A program made the position numbers and the translations under genes. A DNA stretch of 63,095 bases, filler included, from Stramenopiles sp. TOSAG23-3 (Eukaryota): the NCBI GenBank assembly GCA_900128585.1. It is 9 parts of 9 records of this genome, joined end to end, with 100 filler letters (N's around TTAATTAATTAA, not from the genome) between each part and the next. Parts side by side here need not be neighbours in the genome. Positions count along the whole stretch, not along the records: positions 1 to 11,118 come from LT642760.1; positions 11,219 to 22,309 come from LT642761.1; 7 more parts are not named here. One strand, given 5' to 3'. Below, piece by piece: positions 1 through 11,277 of the stretch. The notes beneath the pieces are model-generated. The model saw nothing but the letters and a program-made list of their open reading frames with translations, made no database searches and was not told where the DNA came from. Position 1 is the stretch's first letter. The number at the start of each line of letters is the position of its first letter.

Positions 1-82
1 CGGCAGTAAGCAATTGCCTGTTTGAGTGTTTGGTAACTTTCGGACTGTCGTAGAGTACTACTGAACGGACAGACGGATAGAA

Positions 83-3000
83 ATGAGCTCTCGGGCTTCC
101 CCTGGAGGGAAAAGCCAAGCCCTAGTTGAAATAGGAGAATACCAGCAGAAAGTTGTCCCCAAGAGGAGTAGCAGGCACGACTTAAGAAGACATTTACGAG
201 ACTTCAAGTTTAGGTTAGCAGATGATCTTCACCACGACCACCCCCTTCGACACCCCAAGGCCACAAACTGGAGGTCGGCCCAGTCTGTAATTGCCCTATT
301 CAAGAAACACAAAGAGTTGTCTTACAACGAGCAATACGCGACGACTAGTTTGAAGCTTATCGAAGAGAATGAAGCATACGAACGAGAAAACAGAGACATG
401 CGCGACAAGATAGAGGTGTTAGATATGGAAAATTTGGAGATGAGGACATCGACCAGTAAGCTAGAAATGAGGTGCCGCATGTTGGAAGAGCAGAGTCGCG
501 CGAACGCGGAGCGGGCCGACTCGCAGAAGCTAGAGAATACTGAGTGCATGGAAGAGCTGAAGTCCGCAAGGCTGGAAAACACTAGCTTACGGACATCTGA
601 AAAGACTATTCGAGAAGAGCACTTAGAGATGAAACTGGAACTTGACAGTATACGGAAAGAAAGGAACTCTTTATCAAGCAGGGATTCTAAACATTCTAGG
701 CAATTGGAAATTTTGAGAGGAGAGGCGTCCGCAGCAGTAGAAGCTTTGGCTGCGTCGAAACAGGTGGTCCAAGACTTAGAGACAACAGTTTCAAGAGTCA
801 GCACAGAAAATTCTATTTTCAAAGACCAGTTAAGAAATTATGAGAAAATGAAAGCAGATTATGACTCGGTCTACGACGAGCTGCAACGGGTAAAGGAGGC
901 AAGCATGACTGCCCAGGACAAATTGATCAGGAAAACCTTAGCCACGTTTCGGATGCGGACCGAACGTATTTTCTTTCATGAGTGGAGAGTAAATGCCCAG
1001 ACTGTCATAGCAGCGCGACGGGAAGAAAAAAGGCAGCAAACAGTAATGAAGCGGTTTATCACCAAGTATAAGAGAAGGCAAGAACACATGATTTTTGAAA
1101 AATGGGCAGAGAACGCAAAAGAACTTCGGCGCCAACGTTTGGCCTTGACAAGATTTATTTCAAGGTTTAACAAGCGCAAGGAACACTCAATTTTTAGTCG
1201 GTGGAAGCGCTTTTTAAGTGATAGACGGGAAGAAAAGAAAGAGGCAGCAAGGGCCCAGATGCATTATAAAAGATTTGCTATGAAGTACCACCGAAAGCGA
1301 GAGGCTGCAGCATTCGCTAGATGGCACGTCAACGCGAGAGAGTTCAGACGCCAACGTCGTGCTACGGAGCGCTTTGTCTCGAAATACAAGAAGCGCACCG
1401 AACACGCGACGTTCGATCGAGTTTGCGGCTTTCATACGGTGGCATGAAAACGCGAAAGAGCTCAGACGCCAGCGCCGTTCAATGGAGCGCTTTATCTCGA
1501 AGTTCCATAGGCGCACCGAACATGCTGTATTTGACCGATGGTGCGATTACGTCATCGAGATCAAATCGCTTAGAAAAGAAGACGCCAGGCAAAAGCTCAT
1601 AATACAACGTTTTGTTTTAAAATACCACAGAAGGCACGAATTTGCAGCCTTTTCCAGGTGGCAGATAAATGCAAAAGAACTGCGAAGGCAGCGTCTTGCA
1701 ATGGAGCGTTTTGTCTCAAAGTACCAAAAACGTCGCGAGCACGCCACGTTTGACCGATGGTCCGATTATGTTTCCGAGATCAAAGCGCTTCGAAAAGAAG
1801 ACAAAAGACAGAAAGTTGTGATGAACCGTTTCATTCAAAAGGTGAACAAAAAACACGAGTACGCTGTTTTCGACCGCTGGGCAGAATACGCGGAAGAAAG
1901 AAAGCAAATGCGCACAGCTGCGGAAGCTGAGAAGGCAAAGTATGAACGATTGACGACCCGGTTTATGAACAAGTACCACAGGCGACACGAATTTGCCGCA
2001 TTCTCCAGATGGCACGTCAACGCCAAAGAGTTCAGACGCCAACGTCGTGCTACGGAGCGCTTTGTCTCGAAATACAAGAAGCGCACCGAACACGCGACGT
2101 TCGATNNNNNNNCGCGACGTTCGATCGATGGTGCGAGTACGTCGTTGAAATCAAATCGCTCCGAAAAGAAGATGCCCGCCAAAAGGCCATTGTGGCCCGC
2201 TTTATATCAAAGTACGAGAAGCGCCAAGAACACGCGGTCTTTAGCACTTGGCTTGAAAAGGTGCAGAATAAGATCGAAGCCCGCAAGCATTTCTTTCGAA
2301 TGATACACCGGCTGGAACGAAAGGAGGAATTTACGTGTTTTCGGCAATGGCGAAGGCAAGTAGCACTGATGAAGGAATCGGAGGCGGAAGATCGACGATT
2401 GCAGAACAAGCTGGAGAAATTCACTATTATGCTGACTCGGAATACCGAGGTCATTGCGTTTCGGGCCTGGGCCAAAAACGCAAAAGAACAAGCCCGGTTT
2501 AGACTTCAACACACATGGGAAGATCTGGAGCACAAATACAACGAACTGATAAAACATTCGGAACAACAGGCACAGGTAATCAGCGTCCTAATGAATACCA
2601 GGCGCATTCGTTCAGCATTCTACGTTTGGCACAATTTTCGGGCAAACCGAATTAAGGCAAGGAGGACGATAGCGCACTTGTTGCTAAATGCCGAGAAAAC
2701 TGCGTTTAAACATTGGCACACAGTAATTACCCAGACTAAGCACGATAACCTGCTGAAGTCGTTGGCGAAGGCTAGCCAGCAGGAGTTGGAGGCTTACAAA
2801 CGCCAGAGAACCGAGCAATTCATGAGGCATCTGATGCAGGGCCACATGGCACGGGTATTCCGGGGGTGGCACAACAACGCGCATGAAATTCGAAGGAACC
2901 GGATAGTAATGCAGCGGTTTGTTAAAAGATGGCAAAATTTAGAGAAGACCAAAATATTCTTAAAAATGCATGCATACGCAGAGAAACGAAAAAGGGACAG

Positions 3001-5506
3001 GGCTCTGGCGGCGAAGTTCTGGTCCCATTTGAGTATGAAGCAAGAACGTATGGGGTTTGATCAATGGACATGGGTTGTGCAACAAATGAAACTCGCGGCA
3101 AAGAACCGCGAGCGCGAGGCACAGTTTCGCAAGGAACTTGCCGAGGTCGAAAGCAGAGCAACAAGGAAGTTGGAAGAGGCCCAAAAGAGAATTGAAAAGA
3201 ATCAATTGGAAAGTGCGAAGCGCTTACAAGCGCAGCAAAATGCGCGAGCAAAGCGACTGCTGCAACACATAACGGGGGATACGTTAGGAAAATGCTTTTC
3301 TGCATGGAGACATGAAGCCATGGTGGAGAGCAACAACCGCAGAATCGTCCAACTGTTTGTTCAAAAGTGGAAAAACCAAGAACTTCACACTCTGTTTCGA
3401 ACATGGCAGCACAACGTGGCCCAAAATGTGGAGGAGCGGGTGACAATTGCACGGTTTGCAAAACAGTGGCAGAACCGTGGGATTGCATCGTCCTTCAGAA
3501 AATGGAACCACTATGCAAAGTACCGTATCCGCAAGCGAAAGATCACAGCCCGTGTTGTCCGCTTGTACGAGCAGAAGTTCTTTAAGTCGCACATGAAGCA
3601 TTGGAGGCTCCAATCCATCGTAGAAAGGGGCAACCGGTTAGACAAGGAGAGAATAGAGAAGAACACGCAAACTTTTATTCGAAAATGGAAGAATATGGAA
3701 ATTCACAATTGCATGGTGCGCTGGAAGCACTACGTGGAAAACCGTCACCACCTGAGAAGAATATGGAGAGCTGGGGCACACCGCTTAGAGGCGGCGCGGC
3801 AGCAGTCTCTGTCCCATGGCTTTAGCCAATGGGGGCACTTTTGCACGGTGGTGTTTAAACTTCGAATCAAGGGTTTGGTGCACGACCTTGAACGCACCAA
3901 GGAAGAATTTGCTGCCTACCGCGAGCTCACGATGGACAGGGAAGAAAGCAAAAAAATGGAACAGGCAAAGCGCATTCTGTCACGCCTGAGCGGTCGTGCC
4001 GTTCACTATTGTTTCAACACCTGGTCGGAAAATGTAAGCGCTATCGTTTCCCAACGAAAATTGATGAAAAAATTTGCGTTTCGAATGCAAAACCGAATGG
4101 TCCACAATTTGTTCCAGACCTGGAGAATCAATGCGAAAGGGATGCAGCGCCAGAGGTACATTCTTGACCAGTTCGTTCGCCGGTGGAAGAACAGAAATTT
4201 GGTAAAGCAATTTTCAGCATGGAAGGTCAACGTAAAAGCAATATTACACGAGCGAGCCGTCATTACCAAATTCATTAAGCAGTGGCAGAATCGCTCTTTA
4301 CTGAAAGTGTTTCGGCGATGGCATTACAAAGCCTCTCTGTCCGCCTACCGCAGAACTAATTCGGGGCGAATGAACCGATTGAGTAATGCGTTCGAAATTT
4401 TCTGCAAAAAGCTCGCTTTGGCAAACAAACCGAACGACCTCTTTGGCATCGTAGCCGACTACGCTCCAGCTGTTGTCCAGTGCAAGTCAGTCGATATTTA
4501 CTTGTTCAGTGCACAAACGGGGATGTATTACACGTACTTTGACGAGGGCAAATCAAAAATCAAATGCCCCTTCAATGGCCACGAAGGCATCGTCGGTCAC
4601 TGCGCGAGGGAAGGGGAGCCATTGATTTTGGACGACGCTCGAGAGCACGAGTCGTACTGCCGTGAAGTGGACGTAACATCGTACCATTCCGACCGGGTTG
4701 GAGCAGTCAGCAGAGGGTCGGGGAAGTTAGGGAAGGGCTTCGTTTTGCAATATATTTCTGTACCCGTGATCGACCGCGATGGGCCGACGGTGGCGGTGAT
4801 AAAAGCTTCCCGCGTTGCGAAAGAGGTCGATCCCGGCCAAGTGCCGTCCCCTTTGAAGCAGCGGGGCGGGCAGAAGCGTGCTGAGGTACCCATTAAGCTG
4901 GACGAGATTGCTTGCGAAGCCCTTAGGATGATTGGGTCTGTTGTGCGGTGTTCCCCCGCCTTTCCGACCCAGCAAGTGCAGCATGTTGAGCAAAAGGTGA
5001 TCGAATGGGGTTCTCAGATAACCGACGCCCTTAAAGAATTCGATTTATCCCAGAAACGAATCGCGGAGTCGATAGGATCTCAGATTTTGCTGGATGTAGG
5101 GGAAGGAAGAAAGCAGAGTGAAGGGCGACCTCCGAAGAAGACTAAGAAGAGAAAGAAGCAGAAAACCCCAAAAGAAGCCCCCCTTCTGACGGTGGCAGAC
5201 TTGGGAGAGGAAAAAGAGACCCCCCTTAGAGACAACAGTCCAATGGCGCCAAGGCCGAAGAAGAAGAAGAAGAAGAAGAAGGAAAAGGAAAAGGGAGGGG
5301 AGAAAGCCGAGTCTTTCGCGAGCAAAATTTTCGACCAAATTGACGTAGATCGAAATGGCGTGATCGACAGGGAAGAATTCCTGCAGGCGATCCAGTCAGC
5401 CAATGCGTTGAGTGCGTTGGCGGAACAGTTCGACGCTGGTGGAAGTGGGAAGGGCAGAGCGCCAGGATTTGGAGAGAAAGGTTCGTCGAAGCGAACGCTC
5501 CACTGA
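83..5506 (+). CDS. Large Sfi1-repeat (centrin-binding-like) protein with N-terminal coiled coil, C-terminal GAF domain and EF-hand; split into three ORFs by a frame break near 1420 and an N gap at 2106-2112
   Basis: ORFs 83..1447, 1359..2303 and 2009..5506 continue one ~33-aa repeat with F-x-x-W (e.g. HEFAAFSRWHVNAKEFRRQRRATERFVSKYKKR). GAF motifs: GIVGHCAREGEPLILDDA...EVD and ISVPVIDRDGPTVAVI (~4400-4820). EF-hand loop DVDRNGVIDREEF (~5342-5380). Confidence 0.75.
1319..2105 (+). repeat. Near-identical 99-bp coding repeat, copies at 1319-1417 and 2007-2105
   Basis: agatggcacgtcaacgc...gaacacgcgacgttcgat occurs twice with 2 mismatches. Both frame breaks in the gene fall immediately after a copy. 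Confidence 0.9.
2106..2112. other. Internal 7-N scaffold gap with duplicated flank
   Basis: cgcgacgttcgat (13 bp) lies on both sides of the Ns. Removing 7 N plus 13 bp restores the frame (HATFDRWCEY). Confidence 0.85.
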
Positions 5507-5822
5507 GAGGCGCCCGCGCCGCGTGGTAAAACACACATATATAATAATATAGCTTCTTATATAATGAAGTCTTAAGTATAGTTCTTAATCATCATTAAAT
5601 AATTACATATAGACGAAGCATTGAATAGGGGTCGATTTTCAAGCATATAAATACATATAGTTAATGTAGTACAATACTCCTATCAATATAAAATATGATA
5701 TCTTGAGACCGGGTTTGTACGCATATTAAAAATATTCTTGTGGTAAAAAACGTGAACTGCTTCAAAAGATTCGTACATCGACATTTAGCCACAACGAGTA
5801 GAGAGCGCGCAGAGCGGGAAGA

Positions 5823-6527
5823 TTACAAGGCTTCGCTCAAGTAATCTTTGATTTCCGCCGGGGTCAGAATTTTAAACTTCCTGTCCGTTTGGTCGCCAAT
5901 AATACCAATCTCGATATTATCCTCCGTCATTTCCCCCTCAAAGCTTTCTTTCAAAGTCAAGAGGGCGACGTGGATAGCATCCTCAAGCTCCATGTTTTCG
6001 TTGTACCGTTTTTCGAGAAACGTTTTCGCATTTACAAAATTCTTCCCGATGGCCGTTGCTTTCCACTCCAAACTAATCCCGCTCGGGTCGATTTGGTAAA
6101 GTTGCGGTCCGTTGTCGTCGTAACCACATGTCAAGACCGAGACTCCAAATGGTCGCACCCCACCCGCCTGCGTGCATTCTTGCATAAGATCGGCAGTGTC
6201 ACGAACTACCTGGTTCATTGGCTGGTGCTCGTGGTACACACGGTAATAGGCTTGCGCGTTTTTCCTTGCCTTGCGCACTAGCACACGAAAGTCCGGCCCC
6301 ATACCTGCATAGACCATGCCGCTCTGGTCCGTGATATTCTGAATCTTATGGTACGCGGAGTCATCGATTAATTCTGTCGGGATCTTCTTGTCCGTAGCAA
6401 TCACAACACCGTTGGTGGCACGAATACCCAACGCCGGCTTACCTTTGTTGACCGCTTTCAGGGCATACTCTATTTGAAGAAGTTTACCAGTTGGGGAGAA
6501 CGTTGTGAGGGAGAATTCAAACGACAT
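5823..6527 (-). CDS. PSMA2: 20S proteasome subunit alpha type-2 (234 aa)
   Basis: [71 protein letters not shown]. Start placed at ATG 6527. Confidence 0.96.
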   Translation of the reverse strand: MSFEFSLTTFSPTGKLLQIEYALKAVNKGKPALGIRATNGVVIATDKKIPTELIDDSAYHKIQNITDQSGMVYAGMGPDFRVLVRKARKNAQAYYRVYHEHQPMNQVVRDTADLMQECTQAGGVRPFGVSVLTCGYDDNGPQLYQIDPSGISLEWKATAIGKNFVNAKTFLEKRYNENMELEDAIHVALLTLKESFEGEMTEDNIEIGIIGDQTDRKFKILTPAEIKDYLSEAL

Positions 6528-6804
6528 TGTGTCGGTATTGGCCAGGCGTTCAAAGTAGATGTGCGTGAAAGTTGCAGGTATAGAACTGACAAAAAAAAAG
6601 GCACACGTACAACAATAACAAAACTTTAATGATGATGGTCGTGCAATTGTCGATCTTCGCACTCAGTTTATCGAATGAAGACTTTGTTAAACATATCCAA
6701 TTATCAATAAAGACTGACTGCGTACCTCATCAATCAATCACTTTCATTTTGTTTTATTAATTTAAATTTTATTAATAATAAAATATAATAATAATTATTA
6801 TTAT

Positions 6805-6928
6805 TCCTTCTTCTTCTTTCTTCCTTCTTCTTCTTTCCTTCCTTCTTCTTTCCTTCCTTCATCTTTCAGAGTTGTTAGTTTTCTTCTCTCCTCCTCCCTC
6901 CCTCCCTCCCTCCCTCCCTCCCTCTCTC
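6805..6928. repeat. Pyrimidine-rich simple repeats (TTC/TTCC, CCCT)
   Basis: Visible ttcttc/ccttcc and (ccct)n tracts. Confidence 0.85.
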
Positions 6929-7954
6929 CCGCCCTTGCTTTGATTAAAATCATCATCAATTCTCACTTTTAACTACATGCTTTTATATTGTTTAAACTCT
7001 ATTTAATTGTCCTTCTTCCTTTTAATTCTATGTTGTTCTTGTGTTGTGTTTACTTTCTTTATTTCTTCTTTTTTTCCTATTTTATTTAATAATATACTCT
7101 TCTTCGTAATAGCTACTATGATCCTGTTATTTATAATTTTTAGATAGACATCAGTAAGAAGATTGAAAAGCTTCTTCAAAAATATAGAATTTACACCACA
7201 CAACAAACAACAAAAAGAAAAAAAACCTTCTTAAAATGTAATTCCATACTACTTCCATATTAAAAATAATTTCCCGATGCTATTCGAGACATTAAAATTT
7301 GAAAAATAATTTAAAAAAAAAATGATTTAAAAAACAAAAAACAAAAACCAAAAAACCATTGATTTATAAGTATACATATAATATATACTTATAAACAAAA
7401 CATAATACCTATGAAAACAAGTCAAGATAGGATATTCTGCGCCTCCTCATAGTACGATTACAACGGTACCGAAAATGAATGAAGGCTACTGATTAAGTAT
7501 TATTAGACTAATAACAATAGTTTAAATGGCTTAAATATCATTGTTTTCAATTCTATTTTTTTTAATACTGTACCTTATTATTACTACAATGAGCTCTTTT
7601 ACTTTAAGATCTGACAAAATGCCACTAATTTATTATTTACATCTAAAAACAAAAAAAGATTTTTTTATAATAGTCTAGTCAGGTGACAGCATTTGAATGG
7701 AGGAAGATTTTATGATTTAATTATTTAACAAACTCTACGTAATTAGCTTATATCAACACTTTGGTAAAATAGTGTGACATACCAGGTACGCAGGCACCGG
7801 GTAAGGCGAGCAGCCATAATTTTGTTTTTATGATATAAATTTATGAATATTAATTTAGATTAGTAGATTGGATTTCATCATCAGATGAAACTCCTTTTTC
7901 CATAGCTAGACGACTACGGTACCGATACCAAGTACTAAATAAACACCTTTTTGG

Positions 7955-9037
7955 ATGACGGCCCCGACAGCAACTTTAGAACGAAATAAAGTGAAACGTG
8001 GAAGTAAATTTAAATCTAGCAGGTGCCAAATATTTTATCTAGCTGGTAACATGTTGCGAAAAGGGAAAAAAAAGGCAAACAGTGAAGAAACAGACGAAAG
8101 TTTTGATGATGTGGAAGGTTTGATTACTAACCTTGGTGTTATATCGGCGCTTATTCTTTCCTTTGTCGTGGGTATAGTCTTAACAGTGTCTATGGAAGAA
8201 TTGAATGTAGCGGATAAAACTGCTCTTGTTAACTTTCATCCAGGATTTCGAGACTTTGTAGATCCAACTCATGAGCTGCGCAAAAAGTTTAACATCTCGG
8301 AATCGATGGAATCCCACAAATGCATCCAAGACTTTGAACCCGCAAGAACGCTAAAACCATTGGAGTATGAAGGCTTTCGTAAGTTTGCTGGTGCTGTTAG
8401 CACGGATCAAGTCCGAACTTACATTGACAGAGATTATTCGAATGTCGCTAGGCATAGTTGTTTTGGTCCACGGCTGCCATCACATTATCTTGTTAGTTTC
8501 GGTCTTTCAACTACACTTATTTTCTTCGCCGCGATAATGTTGAGCACAAGCCTGTACATCTCGGCTGCGTATCTCCCAGTACGAGAGCGGCAAGATGTGA
8601 AAGACTTATGGTGGACATACGGCAAATGGTTAGTTCTTTTAGGCTACCTGCTAGCTGTAGTAGGAATCATCATGTTCGGCTATGTTCTTCTGCTGATCAT
8701 TATCATTCGTTTTCCACACCAGCAACAATTTATATTTGGTCTGGTTGTATATGCCGCTATGTGGGGTATCATCGGTTTTTTAAGCGTCCTACTTCCACTG
8801 ATTTTGACAATATATATTTCTAGGTGGACAAAGACGCGTGTATTCCCCGATACCCAAGAAAAACCGGTGGGGTAGATATGCAATATATCTGGATTTTTAT
8901 TTTTAAAACCACAGGTGGGCGGAAGACTCGCGCCAACCGCGGAGATGCTTGCCATGGCAGCGTTTGAAAAGAAGCTACATTCACAGATAGAGACGCTCGC
9001 AAATGACGCGGTTTCCATATCGAACGATCGTTCCTGA
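7955..9037 (+). CDS. Multi-pass membrane protein of unknown function; probable 48-nt intron 8867-8914 adding a 40-codon last exon
   Basis: ORF 7955..8875 has about 4 hydrophobic segments. GT at 8867 and T-rich...CACAG at 8914 remove the TAG and continue in frame as VGGRLAPTAEMLAMAAFEKKLHSQIETLANDAVSISNDRS to TGA 9035-9037. Start may instead be ATG 8051. Confidence 0.65.
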
Positions 9038-9089
9038 GATGCGCGACGAGCAGTCGTCTAAAAAACATTAACATGGATACAGTTAACTA

Positions 9090-9178
9090 AGCTTCCCATA
9101 GTTGTCCAGGAACCGTACCAGGTACCGTACCTGGGTACCAACATGTTGTGCATTATCGTTAGGCAACTATGGGAAGCT
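9090..9178. repeat. 89-bp element bounded by a perfect 15-bp inverted repeat (MITE-like or hairpin)
   Basis: agcttcccatagttg (9090-9104) and caactatgggaagct (9164-9178). The interior is rich in GTACC/GGTACC. Confidence 0.7.
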
Positions 9179-9773
9179 CCTGTATCTTCTTTTTTTTCTT
9201 TTTTCTTTCTTCTATTATTATTATTTACACGGCACATCAGCTTCCCGAGAGATACATCTCACAGCATCAAAATTAATCGATTATTTCGATTTTTCATCGT
9301 CGTTTTTTTTTCTTTCTTCTTCTTCTACCTTCTTCCTTCTCTCTCCTCTTTAGTCTCTCTCTTCTTCTCTCCTCTACTTCTTCTTTAAAAAAAATTGCCA
9401 ACACTACTTTTATTTTTAAATGTGTTCTATGGTACCACAGGTATTAGTATAATACTTGGTTGTACCAAAAAAAATTAAAGATAATAAGAAGGAGAAATAA
9501 GAACTACGTACTTCAAGTAGCACAAACATTTCTTTTACATACCTTTTACAAAAAGAGGATCAGATATAGCCTTTAAAAGAAATGCTTCCACCTTCACGAC
9601 GAACCAGGAAACAAAATACACGCAAATTATATTTTAAACCAACCGGATTCAATAAACCCTTACGCTGTTTCGACAAGGCTTCTTTCTTGCGTGCTGTCAC
9701 CAACGTCAACTTGCTACGTATAAAAACGTAACTAAACCAACCAAACGCTTTGCCATTTGCCGCGCCGAACAAG

Positions 9774-10901
9774 ATGATTATTTACATTGTTGCCTATGAG
9801 GACTCGGAAATGGAGTCGGCCGTGTCTGAAGAGTCGCGCGCGTGGCGCACGGAAGTAAGCCGCGTGGCTATTTCCGCGTCGACATCCACAACGGTGGCAC
9901 GGTTGAAGTACCGGTACGCCAGGGCCCTTACCAAGCGGACGGGGACGATTATAAAAGGGTACATATCTTTGTTGTTCCACGGGCGGGAGCTAGTGGACCA
10001 CAAAACTCTAGCATTTTACCGAGTCGCCGACGGTGACCTATTGACACATACTTTAAACGGCCGCGTTGGGCGCAGCCACTCCAATATCGACTATGGTCAA
10101 ATTGCGGACCAGCTCGAGGGGCCGGTTGCCTTGGACTTGGACGGCGGCGAGTCGTCCTATGACACCGCTTGGCACGCTGGGGAGACGTGGAAGTCGTTCC
10201 CCCCGGTGTCTTACCACAACATATGGGACACGCAGTCTCCGGCAAAAGGGCACGAGGTGACCTTGTCCCCGAAAGCCAACCGGCGCCCCGCCAAGCAACG
10301 GTCGCCAAAGCTGGGGGATGTTCAAGGTGGGCGAAAGCTGAAAGCTGGGTACCATTGTTCCGTCCAGGGCTGTCTGTTTCGAATCATCCATCGCATGGAG
10401 GGGCACTGGACTGGGGAGATGGCCGAACTCGTGACTAGCCGCCAGCACCCAGGGCCACTGATCGCAAACTACGACTTGACTTACAACGGGGTGACGCGCT
10501 CATGGGTCGAAGACAGAAAATTGATCTCCCAGTCTACCATGTCAAAGCGAACGCAGACCACCATCATGCCAGTCTCCGACGGGACCCTTGTGTCGATACG
10601 GCGGTCCACGAGGGGGGGGGAGGACCAGAGCATGGAGGAAGAGATCACAAGGTACGAGGAGGTTGGAGAAAACATCCTTATTGTGACGACGCGAGACAAC
10701 ACGACCGGGCTTGTAAAGAAAGTGGAGACAATCACTTTGTTGGACACGGCAGCGTCCATGCGAACTCGGATCAGTCAAATCTACGAACCAACAAGCAGTG
10801 ATGGCAGCGCCACGCAATTGGTCTCTATGATCGCATCCACCGAACGGCGGGTAGTCACGGAAGCGACCGGTTCCTTGGTAGTCCCTGACTTTACCCTGTA
10901 G
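9774..10901 (+). CDS. Protein with N-terminal ubiquitin-like domain and C-terminal calycin-like beta-barrel
   Basis: UBL signature TTVARLK...LLFHGRELVDHKTLAFYRVADGDLL. The C-terminal region begins MEGHWTG and ends VETITLL...RTRISQIY...MIASTERRV. First ATG is 9774. Confidence 0.6.
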   Translation: MIIYIVAYEDSEMESAVSEESRAWRTEVSRVAISASTSTTVARLKYRYARALTKRTGTIIKGYISLLFHGRELVDHKTLAFYRVADGDLLTHTLNGRVGRSHSNIDYGQIADQLEGPVALDLDGGESSYDTAWHAGETWKSFPPVSYHNIWDTQSPAKGHEVTLSPKANRRPAKQRSPKLGDVQGGRKLKAGYHCSVQGCLFRIIHRMEGHWTGEMAELVTSRQHPGPLIANYDLTYNGVTRSWVEDRKLISQSTMSKRTQTTIMPVSDGTLVSIRRSTRGGEDQSMEEEITRYEEVGENILIVTTRDNTTGLVKKVETITLLDTAASMRTRISQIYEPTSSDGSATQLVSMIASTERRVVTEATGSLVVPDFTL

Positions 10902-11118
10902 TGGAAGGCGTAATTGTGGCCAAAAGGGTCAAAATCAAATCTGCGCGATGAGAAATAAAAAAACGTGAAACATAACACTTCGCATGCGTCCCTAATTAAT
11001 TACCAAACCATCTTTGTTATAAATTTGTTTTTTGAAGTTTTTTTAAATTTGGATTTTTTTACTCTGAAGAAAGGCTTTGATTATAGTTTAAAAGTCTTAT
11101 CTTATCATAACGTTTCAT

Positions 11119-11218
11119 NNNNNNNNNNNNNNNNNNNNNNNNNNNNNNNNNNNNNNNNNNNNTTAATTAATTAANNNNNNNNNNNNNNNNNNNNNNNNNN
11201 NNNNNNNNNNNNNNNNNN
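11119..11218. other. Artificial contig linker
   Basis: N44-TTAATTAATTAA-N44, with stops in all six frames. Confidence 0.98.
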
Positions 11219-11277
11219 TGTGCAATCAAAGATAGTTACCACAGATTAATTTGACCCCCCAGATTCCAGTTACAACC

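Noticed and set aside
7363..7395. 12-bp-arm inverted repeat tttataagtata/tatacttataaa
   Set aside because: Almost entirely A/T within an extremely AT-rich spacer, so it is plausible by chance.
8004..8042. Possible 39-nt in-frame intron GTAAAT...TCTAG near the start of the 7955 gene
   Set aside because: It contains no stop and is not needed for the frame, and the true start may be downstream at 8051, so it cannot be supported.
11163..11174. TTAATTAATTAA recurring eight times as a biological repeat or recombination site
   Set aside because: It is always centred in exactly 44+44 Ns, so it is a synthetic six-frame-stop linker.
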